Assembly (NCBI GenBank): GCA_034520945.1
Contig: JAXHNB010000001.1
Location: forward strand, 1-64,000
Direction of reading: 5' to 3'
DNA: 64,000 bases
Source: Trueperaceae bacterium
Lineage (GTDB): Bacteria > Deinococcota > Deinococci > Deinococcales > Trueperaceae
Part shown: positions 21,857 to 31,892 of the stretch, piece after piece
How the letters are laid out: each line of letters starts with the position of its first letter
Position numbering within the stretch: the first letter of the stretch is position 1
The notes under the pieces: generated by a model
What the model was told of the DNA's origin: nothing
Database searches by the model: none
The model's input: the letters and a program-made list of their open reading frames with translations, nothing else
Program-made: the position numbers and the translations under genes

Positions 21857-22806
21857 CGTCCCGCCCCTGCGTCCGCGGCGTCCAGCGCCGCCAGCAACGC
21901 GTCCCGGTCTTGAGCGAGGCCCTTGTACGCCAGCACCTCGGGGCGCATCGAGCGGATCGAGGCCGCCAGTCGCGCCGCCCGTCCCGGCTCGGCCGCGAGG
22001 ACCGCGCGCAGCGGCGCCTGCAGGATCCGGATGGTGAACAGGGCGAAGCCGCGCGCGGGGAACGGCAGGGTGCCCTGCCGCTCGACCCGGAACCACCAGC
22101 GGGACAGGACGTCCCCTTCCTCCGGCGCCTTTGCGGGGCCGGGCCGGCCGACCTCGTCGGGGTGGCGACTGGCCGCGCCGCCTTGCACCAGGTTCCACAC
22201 GAACCGCTGGTAGCGTCCCTTGCTGCAGATCGCCTTCATCACCGCGGCGCTGGCGTCGCGCAAGCGGGCGCCGTCCGCGACGGGTCCGTGCAGCTCCAGC
22301 AGCGACGCGCCGGCGCGCGTCTCCGGCGCCCAGTGGCTGGGAAACGAAACGTGCAGCAGGGCGGCGCGGCCGGCCGCCCCGTCGCACCGCATCCACACCA
22401 GGTCTTCCGGCAGCGACAGCGCCAACGCGTCGCCCAGCCGGGTCGCCGCGGGCGCGTCCGCCAGGAGGCGGGCGGCGTCGGCGCCCAGGGCCGAAAAGCG
22501 CCACCCCGCCACGGTGACGCCCACCGGGGCATGTGCATCCCGGGGCGCGTCCACGCGCTGCACCCGGTCCGGACGCGTCTCGGCGACGGCCGCGGCGGTG
22601 GCGTGAAGGTCCGCCGCCAGCGTGGCGTCCGGCACCTTCGGATCGCGCGCCCGTACCTGGCCGGGCACGCGCCGAAGCCGCCCCAGCTTTGCCCGCGTCC
22701 GGTGCGCCGCGCCCTGGTCACGGGGAAACGGAGGATCCTCCGTGCGCCGCATGTCCGCGCGCACCCTATAGGTCGCCTCCACCGGGAAGGGGACGGCGGG
22801 TGGCAC
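21703..22806 (-). CDS. heme-dependent oxidative N-demethylase alpha-like protein (DUF3445)
   Basis: LPEDLVWM, VSFPSHWAP, LHGPVAD, YQRFVW, FRVERQ, LFTIR. Confidence 0.8.
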   Translation of the reverse strand: MPPAVPFPVEATYRVRADMRRTEDPPFPRDQGAAHRTRAKLGRLRRVPGQVRARDPKVPDATLAADLHATAAAVAETRPDRVQRVDAPRDAHAPVGVTVAGWRFSALGADAARLLADAPAATRLGDALALSLPEDLVWMRCDGAAGRAALLHVSFPSHWAPETRAGASLLELHGPVADGARLRDASAAVMKAICSKGRYQRFVWNLVQGGAASRHPDEVGRPGPAKAPEEGDVLSRWWFRVERQGTLPFPARGFALFTIRILQAPLRAVLAAEPGRAARLAASIRSMRPEVLAYKGLAQDRDALLAALDAADAGAGRQGAPSPPSSSPFSASDPSLPDASGPSAAPSSNSNEASTLPSTTTSFVSRS

Positions 22807-22810
22807 GAAC

Positions 22811-23203
22811 TCAGGCCTTGGGGAGGTGCAGGATCAGCAGGCCGAGGTGCAGTTGGGCGTGCGCATGTTCGCGGTCCACGTCGGCGGGCAGCGTCACGTT
22901 GCGCTGGAACGGCCCGCGGGCACGTTCGCTGAACACCACCTCGGCCTGGTCGCCGGCCGGGTCGCGATGCCCGGCGATGACCAGTTCGCGTCCCTGCAGG
23001 CCGATCTCGAGGTCCTCCTGACCTACGCCGGGCACCTCCACCACGACCCGGTACGCGTCGCCGAGGTCGCGCAACTCGGCCTTGGGCGTGAGCCCGTCGT
23101 TGGGCACGCGCCGCTCCAGCAGGTCGTCGATGCGGTCCCGCACCGCGAGGAGTTCCTTGATGTCACCGGCCGTCCCGAACTGGTCCAGTTCCATACCGAT
23201 CAT
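22811..23203 (-). CDS. Hsp20/alpha-crystallin small heat-shock protein
   Basis: VEVPGV, ERARGPFQRNVTLP, GLLILHLPK; likely start 23194. Confidence 0.9.
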   Translation of the reverse strand: MIGMELDQFGTAGDIKELLAVRDRIDDLLERRVPNDGLTPKAELRDLGDAYRVVVEVPGVGQEDLEIGLQGRELVIAGHRDPAGDQAEVVFSERARGPFQRNVTLPADVDREHAHAQLHLGLLILHLPKA

Positions 23204-23243
23204 GCTAGCACCGGCGCCGGACCCCCTCTGCTAGCGTGCGTAC

Positions 23244-24182
23244 GTGCACCACGCCTCCGCCACGCCGCCCGCCTCGGGGGACGACCGCCTGCCGCTGGCG
23301 TTCCTGCTGGGCGCGCCCACCGCCAGCGGCAAGAGCGAGGTGGCGCTGCGGCTGGCCGAGGCGCACGGACTGGAGATCGTCAGCGCGGACGCGATGCAGG
23401 TGTACCGCGGCCTGAACATGGGTACCGCCAAGCCGAGCTTCGAAGCGCGGGCGCGGGTGCCGCACCACCTGCTCGACGTGGTCGAGCCGACCGAGCCGTT
23501 CAGCGTGGCGGCGTGGGTGCGCCGCGCGGAGGAGGCCATATTGGACGCGGCGGCGCGGGGGCGCGGCGCGTTGGTGGTAGGCGGGACCGGCTTCTACCTG
23601 CAGGCATTGGCGGAGGGGCTGCCCACCACCCCGCCGGCCGACCCGGAGCGGCAGGCGCCGCTGTGGGCGCGCCTGGAGGCGGAGGGGCCGGACGCGCTCG
23701 CCCAAGAACTGCGCGCCGCCTCGCCGCCCGACGCGGCCCGCGCCGCCGGCAACCCGCGCCGGCTGGTTCGCGCGCTGGAGGTGCTTCGCGCCACCGGCCG
23801 TCCGCCCGCCGCGTTCGCGCGGACGCCGCCGCGCGTGCGGGTGTCGCGCGTCTGGCTGGTGCCCCCCTTGGCGGCGCTGGATCCCCGAATCGAGGCGCGG
23901 ACGCGCGCCATGCTGGCCGGCGGCCTGATCGAGGAGGCCGCCGCGCTGGATTCCGCCTCGCTGGCGACCGCCTCGCAGGCGATCGGCTACGCCGACGCGG
24001 CGGCGGTGGCACGGGGCGAGATCGACCGGGAGGCGGCGCAGGCGCGGATCGTGCGGGCCACCCGCCGCTACGCGCGCCGCCAACGGACCTGGTTTCGCCG
24101 ACGTCCCTGCGAGCGGCGCCACGCCGCGCTGGCGCCGGATGTCGAAGGGGAGCTGCACGCCTGGATCGAGGGCGGCCGCTAG
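23244..24182 (+). CDS. miaA: tRNA dimethylallyltransferase
   Basis: APTASGKS, SADAMQVYRG..GTAKP, VGGTGFY, TRRYARRQRTWF. Confidence 0.96.
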   Translation: MHHASATPPASGDDRLPLAFLLGAPTASGKSEVALRLAEAHGLEIVSADAMQVYRGLNMGTAKPSFEARARVPHHLLDVVEPTEPFSVAAWVRRAEEAILDAAARGRGALVVGGTGFYLQALAEGLPTTPPADPERQAPLWARLEAEGPDALAQELRAASPPDAARAAGNPRRLVRALEVLRATGRPPAAFARTPPRVRVSRVWLVPPLAALDPRIEARTRAMLAGGLIEEAAALDSASLATASQAIGYADAAAVARGEIDREAAQARIVRATRRYARRQRTWFRRRPCERRHAALAPDVEGELHAWIEGGR

Positions 24183-24237
24183 GGCAAGGGTCGTGGGCGA
24201 CGGCGCTGTCCCAGCCGCGCGGAGGCTATCGTGACGC

Positions 24238-24768
24238 ATGCCCGGCCGACGCAAGGATCTCCTGTTGGACCTGATGCACGTCGCCGCCGACGGTGAGGAC
24301 GGCGTGTGGCACGCCTCCCTGCTCGCGGCCCTGGAGGGGGTGGACGCGGCCCGCGCCCGCTGGCGGCCCGCGCCGGACCGCCCCTCCATCTGGGAGCTGG
24401 TCCGCCACGTCACGCACTGGAAGCGGGGCCTGATGCGCGCCTGGGACGAAGGGGAGCTGGACACGGAGGCGTGGTCGGCCCAGGACTGGAACGGGCCGGC
24501 CGAGGAGGGCGGCGAAGAGGCCTGGCGCGAGAGCGTGGACGAACTCGCGCGCGTCACGCGGGGTTTGGCGACCCGGTTGGCCGCCGCGGACGAACGCCTG
24601 CTGGACACGGAGGTCGGCGGGTTCGGGGGCGGCGTCGCGCGGCACGCCATGCAGGCCGCCACGCACGACGCCTATCATGCCGGTCAGGTGCGCCTGCTCC
24701 TACGGCTGCAGGCCGGCACCCACGACGCGCGCACCCTCCCAACGACCGGTCCCGGCGAGGACGGGTAG
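24238..24768 (+). CDS. DinB family protein
   Basis: SIWELVRHVTHW, HDAYHAGQV. Confidence 0.88.
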   Translation: MPGRRKDLLLDLMHVAADGEDGVWHASLLAALEGVDAARARWRPAPDRPSIWELVRHVTHWKRGLMRAWDEGELDTEAWSAQDWNGPAEEGGEEAWRESVDELARVTRGLATRLAAADERLLDTEVGGFGGGVARHAMQAATHDAYHAGQVRLLLRLQAGTHDARTLPTTGPGEDG

Positions 24769-24858
24769 CGCGGCGAGGGTCGGCGGAGCCGGCGTCGATT
24801 CGGGTTTACCCCTCGGCCGCCGGCGCGGACGCGCGTTCGGGGGGCGTTCAGGGCGGGG

Positions 24859-26064
24859 TCAGGCCTCGGCGGGTCCGCCGTCGTCGCCACCGGACGCCCC
24901 CCGGGCGGAGGCGGTGGAGCCGCCGTCCACGCCGTGCTCGGCCGAGCGCCCGCGGCCGTGCTTGCGGCGGCCGAACACGTTCTTGAGGCGGTCCATCAAC
25001 GTGTGTGCCTCCTCGATCTCCTCGCCGGCCTCGTCGGCGTAGGCCTCCATCAGCTCCTTGGCGCGGCCCGAGAGCTTCTCGGGGATCACGACCTGGACGG
25101 AGACCACTTCGTCGCCGCTGCCCCCTTGGCGCAGCCGGGGCATGCCCTTGCCGCGGAGGCGGAACTCGTCGCCCGGCTGCGTGCCCGGCGGAATCTCGAG
25201 CACCTCCGGGCCGTCCAGGGTCGGCACCTCGAAGCTGCTGCCCAGCGCCGCCTGGGCGGGCCCGACCTCCAGCACGTAGTGGAGGTCGTCCTCCTCGCGC
25301 ACGAACTGGGGGTGCTCCGCCAACTCGAGGTAGACGTACAGGTCGCCGTCGCGCCCGCCGTCCACGCCGGCGTTGCCCTGGCGGGGCACCCGCAGGCGGT
25401 AGCCCGCGTCGATGCCGCGCGGCAGGGACACGTCCACCGTCGAGGTGGTCAGGTGGCGGCCCCGGCCCGAGCAGGCGGTGCACGGTTCGTTCACGACCTC
25501 GCCCGCCCCCTGGCAGCGCGGGCAGGTCCGCGCGGTCATGACGGTTCCGAACAGCGACTGCGCCTGCGCGCGCACCTGACCGGCGCCGCCGCAGGTGGGG
25601 CAGCGGCCCTTGCCGTCCGTGCCCGGCTCGGCGCGTTGCCCCTCGCAGTGCTCGCAGCGCGCCATCCGCTCGACCTCGACCTGGATGGTGGCCCCCTCCC
25701 GGGCCTGGTCCAGCGTGATCTCGACGCGGGCCTCGAGATCCTCGCCGGGCTGTCCCTGCGACCGCGGCCGCCGGGCGCCGCCCGCGAAGCCGCCACCGAA
25801 GACGGAGGCGAAGATGTCGAAGATGTCGCCGCTGTACTGCGCGCCGGGATCGGCGCTGCCAAAATTGTCGTAGCGTTGCCGCTTCTCCGGGTCCGACAGC
25901 ACGGCGTAGGCCTCGTTCAGGCTCTTGAAGGTCTCCTCCGCCTCGCTGTCGCCGGGATTGCGGTCCGGGTGGTATTTCAGGGCCTGCTTGCGGTACGCAG
26001 CCTTGATGGTGCGCTCGTCCGCGTCGCGGTCCACGCCTAGGAGCTCGTAGTAGTCGGTCGGCAT
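24859..26064 (-). CDS. dnaJ: chaperone DnaJ
   Basis: [13 protein letters not shown] region, four CxxCxG repeats. Confidence 0.96.
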   Translation of the reverse strand: MPTDYYELLGVDRDADERTIKAAYRKQALKYHPDRNPGDSEAEETFKSLNEAYAVLSDPEKRQRYDNFGSADPGAQYSGDIFDIFASVFGGGFAGGARRPRSQGQPGEDLEARVEITLDQAREGATIQVEVERMARCEHCEGQRAEPGTDGKGRCPTCGGAGQVRAQAQSLFGTVMTARTCPRCQGAGEVVNEPCTACSGRGRHLTTSTVDVSLPRGIDAGYRLRVPRQGNAGVDGGRDGDLYVYLELAEHPQFVREEDDLHYVLEVGPAQAALGSSFEVPTLDGPEVLEIPPGTQPGDEFRLRGKGMPRLRQGGSGDEVVSVQVVIPEKLSGRAKELMEAYADEAGEEIEEAHTLMDRLKNVFGRRKHGRGRSAEHGVDGGSTASARGASGGDDGGPAEA

Positions 26065-26279
26065 CGGTCGCGCAGTATAGCGGACCGCGCCGGACGGCCG
26101 CGTTTCATGCACGCAACTCCTTCGTGCGGCGCGCGCGGCCGGTGCGCCCCCGATGTGCGGCATACTGGGCCCATGCTCCAGCACGAAGAACCTCCCGGGC
26201 CCCAGCCCGCCGCCTTGGGCACGGCCCACGGGCGCGCGGGCGCACGCACGAGTTGGCGCCACAGGGACGGGGTTCGCGC

Positions 26280-27773
26280 ATGATCGCGATCCTTGTCGTC
26301 CTGGTGTTGATCGTCCTGAACGGGGTGCTGGCGATGAGCGAGCTGGCGCTCGCCTCCTCGCGCCGCAGCATCCTGAAGGAACGCGCCGAGGAGGGACACG
26401 CCGCCGCATCGCGCGCGCTGGCGTTGTACGACGACCCCAACCGATTCCTGGGCACCATCCAGATCGGCATCAGCCTGGTCGGCGTGCTGTCGGGGGCGTA
26501 CGGCGCGCAGGCGCTGGCCGGACCGCTCGGGGGCCGCTTGGCCGCGTGGGGCGTGCCCGAGACCGCAGCCGTTCCGCTGGCGTTCGCGCTGGTGGTGGCG
26601 GTGATCACGTTTCTGGCATTGGTGATCGGCGAGATGGCGCCCAAGCGCATCGCCTTGGCCGCCCCCGAACGGGTGGCGACCCTGGTGGCAGGCCCGATGG
26701 GGGTGGCGTCGCGGCTGGCTGCGCCGCTGGTGTCGCTGCTGTCGTGGTCGACCGATCTGGTGCTGCGCCCCTTCGGCGTCAGCGGCCGCCAGCATACCGG
26801 CGCCTCGCCCGAGGAGATCAGCGGTCTGCTGGAGCAGGGGCGGCGGGTCGGCCGCATCGGGCAGGCCGAGGCCGAGATGATCGAGAACGTGTTCGACCTC
26901 GAGGACCGACGGGTGCGCTCCATGCTCACGCCGCGCCGGGAGGTCCACTGGATCGACGTGGACGCGCCGTGGGCGCAGCAGCGCCAGGCGCTCTTGGACG
27001 CCAACCACAGCCGCCTGCCCGTGGCGCGGGGCGAACTCGACGAACTCGTCGGCGTGGTGCGCGTGCACGCGCTTCTCGACCAGTGCCTGCTGGGCGAGGA
27101 CCTGGCGCTGGAGCGGCTCGCCGAGCCGGCGCTAGCCGTGCCGGAGAGCCTCAGCGCCCTGCTGCTGCTGGAGCGCTTCCGGGAGCGAGGCACGCGCTTC
27201 GCGGTGGTGCTGGACGAGTACGGCGGCGTGGAGGGGGTCGTCACCGCCGGTGACGTGCTGGCCGCCCTGCTGGGCGAACTGGCGGACGGCACGCACGCCA
27301 ACGATCCCAGCGTGGTCCGCCTCGGGGACGACGCGTACGACCTGGACGGCAAGTTGTACGTCGAGGAACTCAAGGACCTCCTCGAGCTGCAGACCCTTCC
27401 GCGGGAGGAGGAGCGCGACTACCGCACGCTCGGGGGGCTGATCACCACGCTGATGGGGCGCATCCCGCAGGTCGGCGACGCGGTGAACGTCGCGGTGTGG
27501 CGCTTCGAGGTGACGCACGTCGACGGTCCGCGCGTGGACCGCGTGCACGTCGAGCCCGCCGACACGGACGAAGCGGGCACGCCCGAGGCCGAGGAGGCGC
27601 CCGACGCCGGCGTGCTGATCGGCCGACCCGGCGACGACGCCGAGCCCGAGCCGCAGGCCGGTGGCGCGCGGGACGGCCAGGCGGAGCGCGACGACAGGCG
27701 GGAGAACGAGGCGGAGCGCGACGGCGGGCACCGCGACGGGGCGGGCGCCGACGACCCTCGCCGCGACGCCTGA
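26280..27773 (+). CDS. hemolysin/CNNM (DUF21-CBS-CorC) family protein
   Basis: [41 protein letters not shown]. Confidence 0.92.
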   Translation: MIAILVVLVLIVLNGVLAMSELALASSRRSILKERAEEGHAAASRALALYDDPNRFLGTIQIGISLVGVLSGAYGAQALAGPLGGRLAAWGVPETAAVPLAFALVVAVITFLALVIGEMAPKRIALAAPERVATLVAGPMGVASRLAAPLVSLLSWSTDLVLRPFGVSGRQHTGASPEEISGLLEQGRRVGRIGQAEAEMIENVFDLEDRRVRSMLTPRREVHWIDVDAPWAQQRQALLDANHSRLPVARGELDELVGVVRVHALLDQCLLGEDLALERLAEPALAVPESLSALLLLERFRERGTRFAVVLDEYGGVEGVVTAGDVLAALLGELADGTHANDPSVVRLGDDAYDLDGKLYVEELKDLLELQTLPREEERDYRTLGGLITTLMGRIPQVGDAVNVAVWRFEVTHVDGPRVDRVHVEPADTDEAGTPEAEEAPDAGVLIGRPGDDAEPEPQAGGARDGQAERDDRRENEAERDGGHRDGAGADDPRRDA

Positions 27774-27804
27774 GCGGCCGGCGAACGGCCCGCGGCGTAC
27801 GCGC

Positions 27805-28227
27805 TCATCCGCCCCGCAGGGCCTCCAAGCGTGCGGTCGCCTCGTCCGGGTCGATCTCGCCGGCCTCGAGCGAAGCCAGCACCTCGTCGACCGCCTTGCT
27901 GTCCGCCGCGCCCCCGCGCTCCGCGGTTTCGCCGGGGGTGGCGCCCGGCGCCTCGTACCCCAGGGCGCGCAGCATGCGCTCGAAGCGCGCGCGCACGGTG
28001 GGGTAGGACACGCCCAGGATGCGCTCCGCCTCCTTGAGGTTGCCGCGGACGCGCACGAAGATGCGCAGGAATTCGAGCGGTTCCGGTGGCAGCAACGCGA
28101 ACTCGTTCGGCTGGAAGCGGCCCTCGAGCACCACGCCGCTCACGGGGCTCTCCAGGCGCGTCACCTCCAGCGGCTCGCCGCTGACGGGGCAGTGGGTGGG
28201 CATCGGATAGCGCGGGGTTCGCGGCAT
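27805..28227 (-). CDS. DUF2089 family protein (ribbon + HTH + SHOCT-like tail)
   Basis: CPVSG..LEVTRL, RGNLKEAERILGVSYPTVRAR, VLASLEAGEIDPDEA. Confidence 0.85.
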   Translation of the reverse strand: MPRTPRYPMPTHCPVSGEPLEVTRLESPVSGVVLEGRFQPNEFALLPPEPLEFLRIFVRVRGNLKEAERILGVSYPTVRARFERMLRALGYEAPGATPGETAERGGAADSKAVDEVLASLEAGEIDPDEATARLEALRGG

Positions 28228-28243
28228 GTCGCTCGGGTCCTCC

Positions 28244-28642
28244 CTACAAACGGACGTCGCGGACGACGATCCGGACGTGCTTGGCGTCGATGTCGATCAG
28301 CGGCGCGTCGCCGGGCAGCGCGAGCAGGTCGCGGTGCGCCTCCGAGAACGCCGCGTCGACCGCCGCCCACCAATCGGGCTGCGCGGCCGTGTCGGTCCGG
28401 CCGGAGGCGTGGCCAGCGGCGATGCCCAGCCGGCCCGCGAACCGCCGCGTCACGACGGGGGCGAGCAGGCTCAGAAGCGGCGCCAAGCGGAGCGCGCAGC
28501 GGAGCGGCTCCTCCACGGCCCAACTGGGGACCGCCCAGGCGAAGCGCACCCGGCCGGCCTGGACGCGAACACTCAGGAAGCGGGGGCGGATCTCGTGCAG
28601 GTAGGCCCGCACGCCGGCGGCGTCCAAGGGGCGAACGACCAT
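28244..28642 (-). CDS. hypothetical protein
   Basis: Abuts both neighbours in the operon; ends with a PLIDID motif also seen in the upstream gene. Confidence 0.65.
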   Translation of the reverse strand: MVVRPLDAAGVRAYLHEIRPRFLSVRVQAGRVRFAWAVPSWAVEEPLRCALRLAPLLSLLAPVVTRRFAGRLGIAAGHASGRTDTAAQPDWWAAVDAAFSEAHRDLLALPGDAPLIDIDAKHVRIVVRDVRL

Positions 28643-28643
28643 C

Positions 28644-29147
28644 TCACACCACCTCGACGCGGATCCGGGCGGTCCTGCCGCCCCCGTCGTCCTTGGCGTC
28701 GATGTCGACCAACGGTCCGTCCGGAACCTCATCGCCGAGGCCGGCGAGGAGCTCGGCCAGGTCGATGCCTTGCGCGTCGAGCTCGCTGCGGGCCTCCTTC
28801 GGCACGAAGCGGGCGGCGAAGCGGGCCAGCTTCAGCGGCACGTTGACATGCACGTGCGCCTTGTCCTCGTCCCCCTCGCGCGCGTCGATGGTGATCCGGA
28901 TCAGCTGCGCGGGCGGGCGCGGCGAGGGGCTGCCCGCCGACGCGGCCGCGGGCGTGCCCCCCGCGGCCGCCGCGTCGCCGCGTGGGCGCGCCGCCCCCTC
29001 GGAGGGTGCGCCCGGCGCGCCCGGGGTGGCCGTGCCTTGGCCACGGGAGGGGCCGACCGCGTCCAGCAGAACCGCCGCCTGATCTGCGGTGATCCGACCC
29101 GACTCCAGCAACGCCAGAATGCGGGCGCGATCCGCGTCGGGCATCAA
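28644..29147 (-). CDS. SHOCT-like domain protein (YvlB/LiaX-like N-terminus)
   Basis: DRARILALLESGRITADQAAVLLDAV; VNVPLKL; GPLVDID. Confidence 0.75.
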   Translation of the reverse strand: MMPDADRARILALLESGRITADQAAVLLDAVGPSRGQGTATPGAPGAPSEGAARPRGDAAAAGGTPAAASAGSPSPRPPAQLIRITIDAREGDEDKAHVHVNVPLKLARFAARFVPKEARSELDAQGIDLAELLAGLGDEVPDGPLVDIDAKDDGGGRTARIRVEVV

Positions 29148-30073
29148 GCGCCCACCTTCACGCCGAAGTCGCCCGTCGTCAGCGTCACGAGGAGGTGGGC
29201 GCGGCCTTCACCCATGACGCCGTCGACACGCTCGGCCACGCCGCTCCGGTGCGCCTCGAACGGGGCGGGGGCCGAAGCGTCGCCGACGGTGACGCGCCCC
29301 TCGATGCGCACGTCGGCGTGCGCGGGCAGGTGCACCTTGGCGTCGCCGGCGGTGACGCGCAGCCGGTGCTCGCCCGGGGCGGGCTCGAGCCCCACGTCGA
29401 CGTCCCCGGCCTGAACGGCGAAGTCGATCGCGCGCAGGCCCCGCGCATCCAGGTCGCCCGCCAACAGCCGTCCCCGCAGGGCGGGCACGCCCTCCAGGCG
29501 AACCTCGCCGGCCTTCGCGTCGAGGTGGAGGCCCGTGTCGGCCGGAAGCCGCAGCTCCAGGCGGACGCGCCGCACGCCCTCCACCAACCGCTCGATCCAA
29601 CTCCCCTCCGAGCGTGCGCGCTGATCGATCCGCCATCCGTCCGCCGCCGCGGTGAGGTCGACCTCTCCCCCATCGCACTCCACCGCCGGCTCCCGCAGCT
29701 CTGGATCGACCCGCACGCGCAGGCTTCCCGCGAACATCCCCACCCGCGCCCAGCGGGTCACGACCGCGTCCGCCGCGCCTTGCGGGCTGGGGGTCGTGCC
29801 CGGCCCCGCGGCCGTGCCGGGCGTGCCGGCGGACGCGCCGGGCGTGACGTGCGGTGCCGCGCCCGTGGACGACGCCGGCGCATGGGCCGGATCGGACGGT
29901 CCCGACGCCATCTCCGCCGAAGCGCGGGGCTCATCCCGCCGGCCGTCCTGGGGCCCCTCCGGTCCTTCCGCGGCCGCGCCGAGCTCGTCCAACGCCGCCA
30001 GCAAGCGCGCGGCCTGCGCGTCGGAGATGCGCCCTTCGTCCCGTAGCGTGCGGATGCGTTCGGCGTCGTCCAT
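29144..30073 (-). CDS. SHOCT-like plus DUF4097-like beta-repeat protein
   Basis: RIRTLRDEGRISDAQAARLL; repeats AGEVRL, AGDLDA, AGDVDV, AGDAKV, VGDASA, TGDFGV. Confidence 0.72.
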   Translation of the reverse strand: MDDAERIRTLRDEGRISDAQAARLLAALDELGAAAEGPEGPQDGRRDEPRASAEMASGPSDPAHAPASSTGAAPHVTPGASAGTPGTAAGPGTTPSPQGAADAVVTRWARVGMFAGSLRVRVDPELREPAVECDGGEVDLTAAADGWRIDQRARSEGSWIERLVEGVRRVRLELRLPADTGLHLDAKAGEVRLEGVPALRGRLLAGDLDARGLRAIDFAVQAGDVDVGLEPAPGEHRLRVTAGDAKVHLPAHADVRIEGRVTVGDASAPAPFEAHRSGVAERVDGVMGEGRAHLLVTLTTGDFGVKVGA

Positions 30074-30115
30074 CGATGGCCTCCTCAGGCGCGGGCGCTC
30101 CGCCCGGCCGTATTC

Positions 30116-30144
30116 ATGCTAGGCCACCCCGCAACGATTGTCAA
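30116..30144 (-). promoter_or_regulatory. sigma70-type promoter of the SHOCT/DUF2089 operon
   Basis: TTGACA-17 bp-TAGCAT on minus strand with AT-rich upstream tract. Confidence 0.7.
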
Positions 30145-30176
30145 TGCGTCCTTTCTATTTCGTAATGTCGCCCTTT

Positions 30177-30983
30177 TCAGTCTGCGCGAATAAGCCAGTA
30201 GTGGTCCTGGTGGAACCGCGTCGCCCGGTACCCCCGCGCCTGATACGCCATCATCGCCTCGCGGACGCGGAGGCGCCATGCGTAGGCGCGCTCGGGCTGT
30301 TCGTACAGCAGGGGCGTGAACGCCTCGGGCACCGCGATGCGCACCGCCGGTCCCGCCAGCGAAGCGTCCACGTCGCCGGGTCCGCCCTCCACGTCCGCGG
30401 ACAGAGCGGCCGGCGGCTCGGGGCCCTCGGGCGGTTCCGGCGCGGCGCCGGCGGCCAGTCGCAGCACCCGCGGCGCCTCGAGCTCCCAGCGGGCGACGAT
30501 CCGATCGGTGGCCAACGACCCGAACATCACCCCACCCAGCGTGCCGTAGAAGTCCGGGTGGTACGCGACCCCCTCCGCGCCCAGCTGTTCGAGGTTCATG
30601 CGCCCATTGGCGGCCTGCAGCGGATCGAAGGTCCACGTCGTCCAGCGCAGTCCCTGCTCCAAGCCCCATCGCCGCTGGAACCATTTCAGGGCCCGGCCCA
30701 CGCCCAGGCGACGGTATTCCGGAAGGACCGCCAGCAGGTGGGAATGGAGGCCGGTCTCCTCCGAGGGGTCGTGCCGCGCCAGGAAGCCGATCACGAAGCC
30801 CACCAACCGGCCCTCGTCGAACGCGCCCGCCACCAGTCCACCGCCGTGCTGCAATGCCCGGAGGTGGGAGGCCGGCACGATCTCACGGTCGTCCACCTGC
30901 CACACGAGCTTGGCCACGGCCTCGCACCCGTGTAGTTCCTCGATCCCGTGAAGCGCGCGAATCTCGGGGTTGGCGCTCGCCAC
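30177..30983 (-). CDS. GNAT family N-acyltransferase
   Basis: GTG after GGAGG; LHSHLLAVLPEYRRLGVG, WTFDPLQAANGRMN, TDRIVARW. Confidence 0.85.
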   Translation of the reverse strand: MASANPEIRALHGIEELHGCEAVAKLVWQVDDREIVPASHLRALQHGGGLVAGAFDEGRLVGFVIGFLARHDPSEETGLHSHLLAVLPEYRRLGVGRALKWFQRRWGLEQGLRWTTWTFDPLQAANGRMNLEQLGAEGVAYHPDFYGTLGGVMFGSLATDRIVARWELEAPRVLRLAAGAAPEPPEGPEPPAALSADVEGGPGDVDASLAGPAVRIAVPEAFTPLLYEQPERAYAWRLRVREAMMAYQARGYRATRFHQDHYWLIRAD

Positions 30984-31240
30984 GAAGAACCTCCCTTCGC
31001 GACCGGGCCTCGCAACCGGGTCGCCGCCCCGCCGGCGGCGCCCGTCCGGGCCCGCAGCCGCGGTCTGCGGCACTCTACCCGGCGCCGCACGCGGCGGGGA
31101 AGCGTCGCTCGCCACGCCCACGAATCCCCTGCGCGGAACCGCGCGCCACACATACCTTGGCGACACGGACACCGCGCCACGCGCCAACGTCGCCGTCCGC
31201 CCGGACGACCTGCATGCCGCGCGCGTCGCGGTGCGCGCCG

Positions 31241-31738
31241 CTACTCGTAGGCGTTGTCGTCGTGGCCGTCGCGCTGCGCGTTGGCTGCCCGCGGCGAGCG
31301 ACCGCGCAACTGCACGCGGGGCTCCTCGACCTCCCAGCCGGTGGCCTCCTCGATCGCCTCCTTTAGGAAACGGCCGAGCGGCACGCCCCGGACGGTTGGC
31401 GCCGGCACGTCCAGCACCTCGCCGGTCTCGCGGCAGATCAGGTGGTAGTGGGGCGACACGTTGCTGTCGTACAACTTCTCGCCCTCCACGCCTTGGAACT
31501 CTCGCAACACGCCGGCCGCGCTCAACACGTTGAGGTTCAGGTACACGGTCGACAGGCTGACGTTCTTGCCCTTGTTTTCCAGCGCGAAGTACAGGTCCTC
31601 GGCGCTGACGTGCCGGTCACGTTCGGAGAAGTATTCGAGGATCGCCGCGCGGGGCCGGCTGAAGCGGAGCCCATGCTCCCGCAGCAGCTCTCGCACGCTG
31701 CGACGCTCGCTTCGTTCTTGGTCGTCGTTCCTCGGCAT
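31241..31738 (-). CDS. Fur family transcriptional regulator
   Basis: GLRFSRPR, HVSAEDLY, STVYLNL, YDSNVSPHYHLIC. Confidence 0.9.
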   Translation of the reverse strand: MPRNDDQERSERRSVRELLREHGLRFSRPRAAILEYFSERDRHVSAEDLYFALENKGKNVSLSTVYLNLNVLSAAGVLREFQGVEGEKLYDSNVSPHYHLICRETGEVLDVPAPTVRGVPLGRFLKEAIEEATGWEVEEPRVQLRGRSPRAANAQRDGHDDNAYE

Positions 31739-31892
31739 GCAGGCTCTCCTCGGCTGCTCGGGCAACGGGCGCGCGCCATCCGGCGCATCGCCCCTACGCG
31801 TGGGAAGCCTAGCACGCCTCCACGGAATCGGACCGTTTCCGAGAAACAAGAGGGGCGGGGTGGGCGCCACCCCCGACACGGCGCCCGCGCCC

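Noticed and set aside
30984..31240. Possible riboswitch upstream of the GNAT gene
   Set aside because: GC-rich stems only; no conserved aptamer motif recognised
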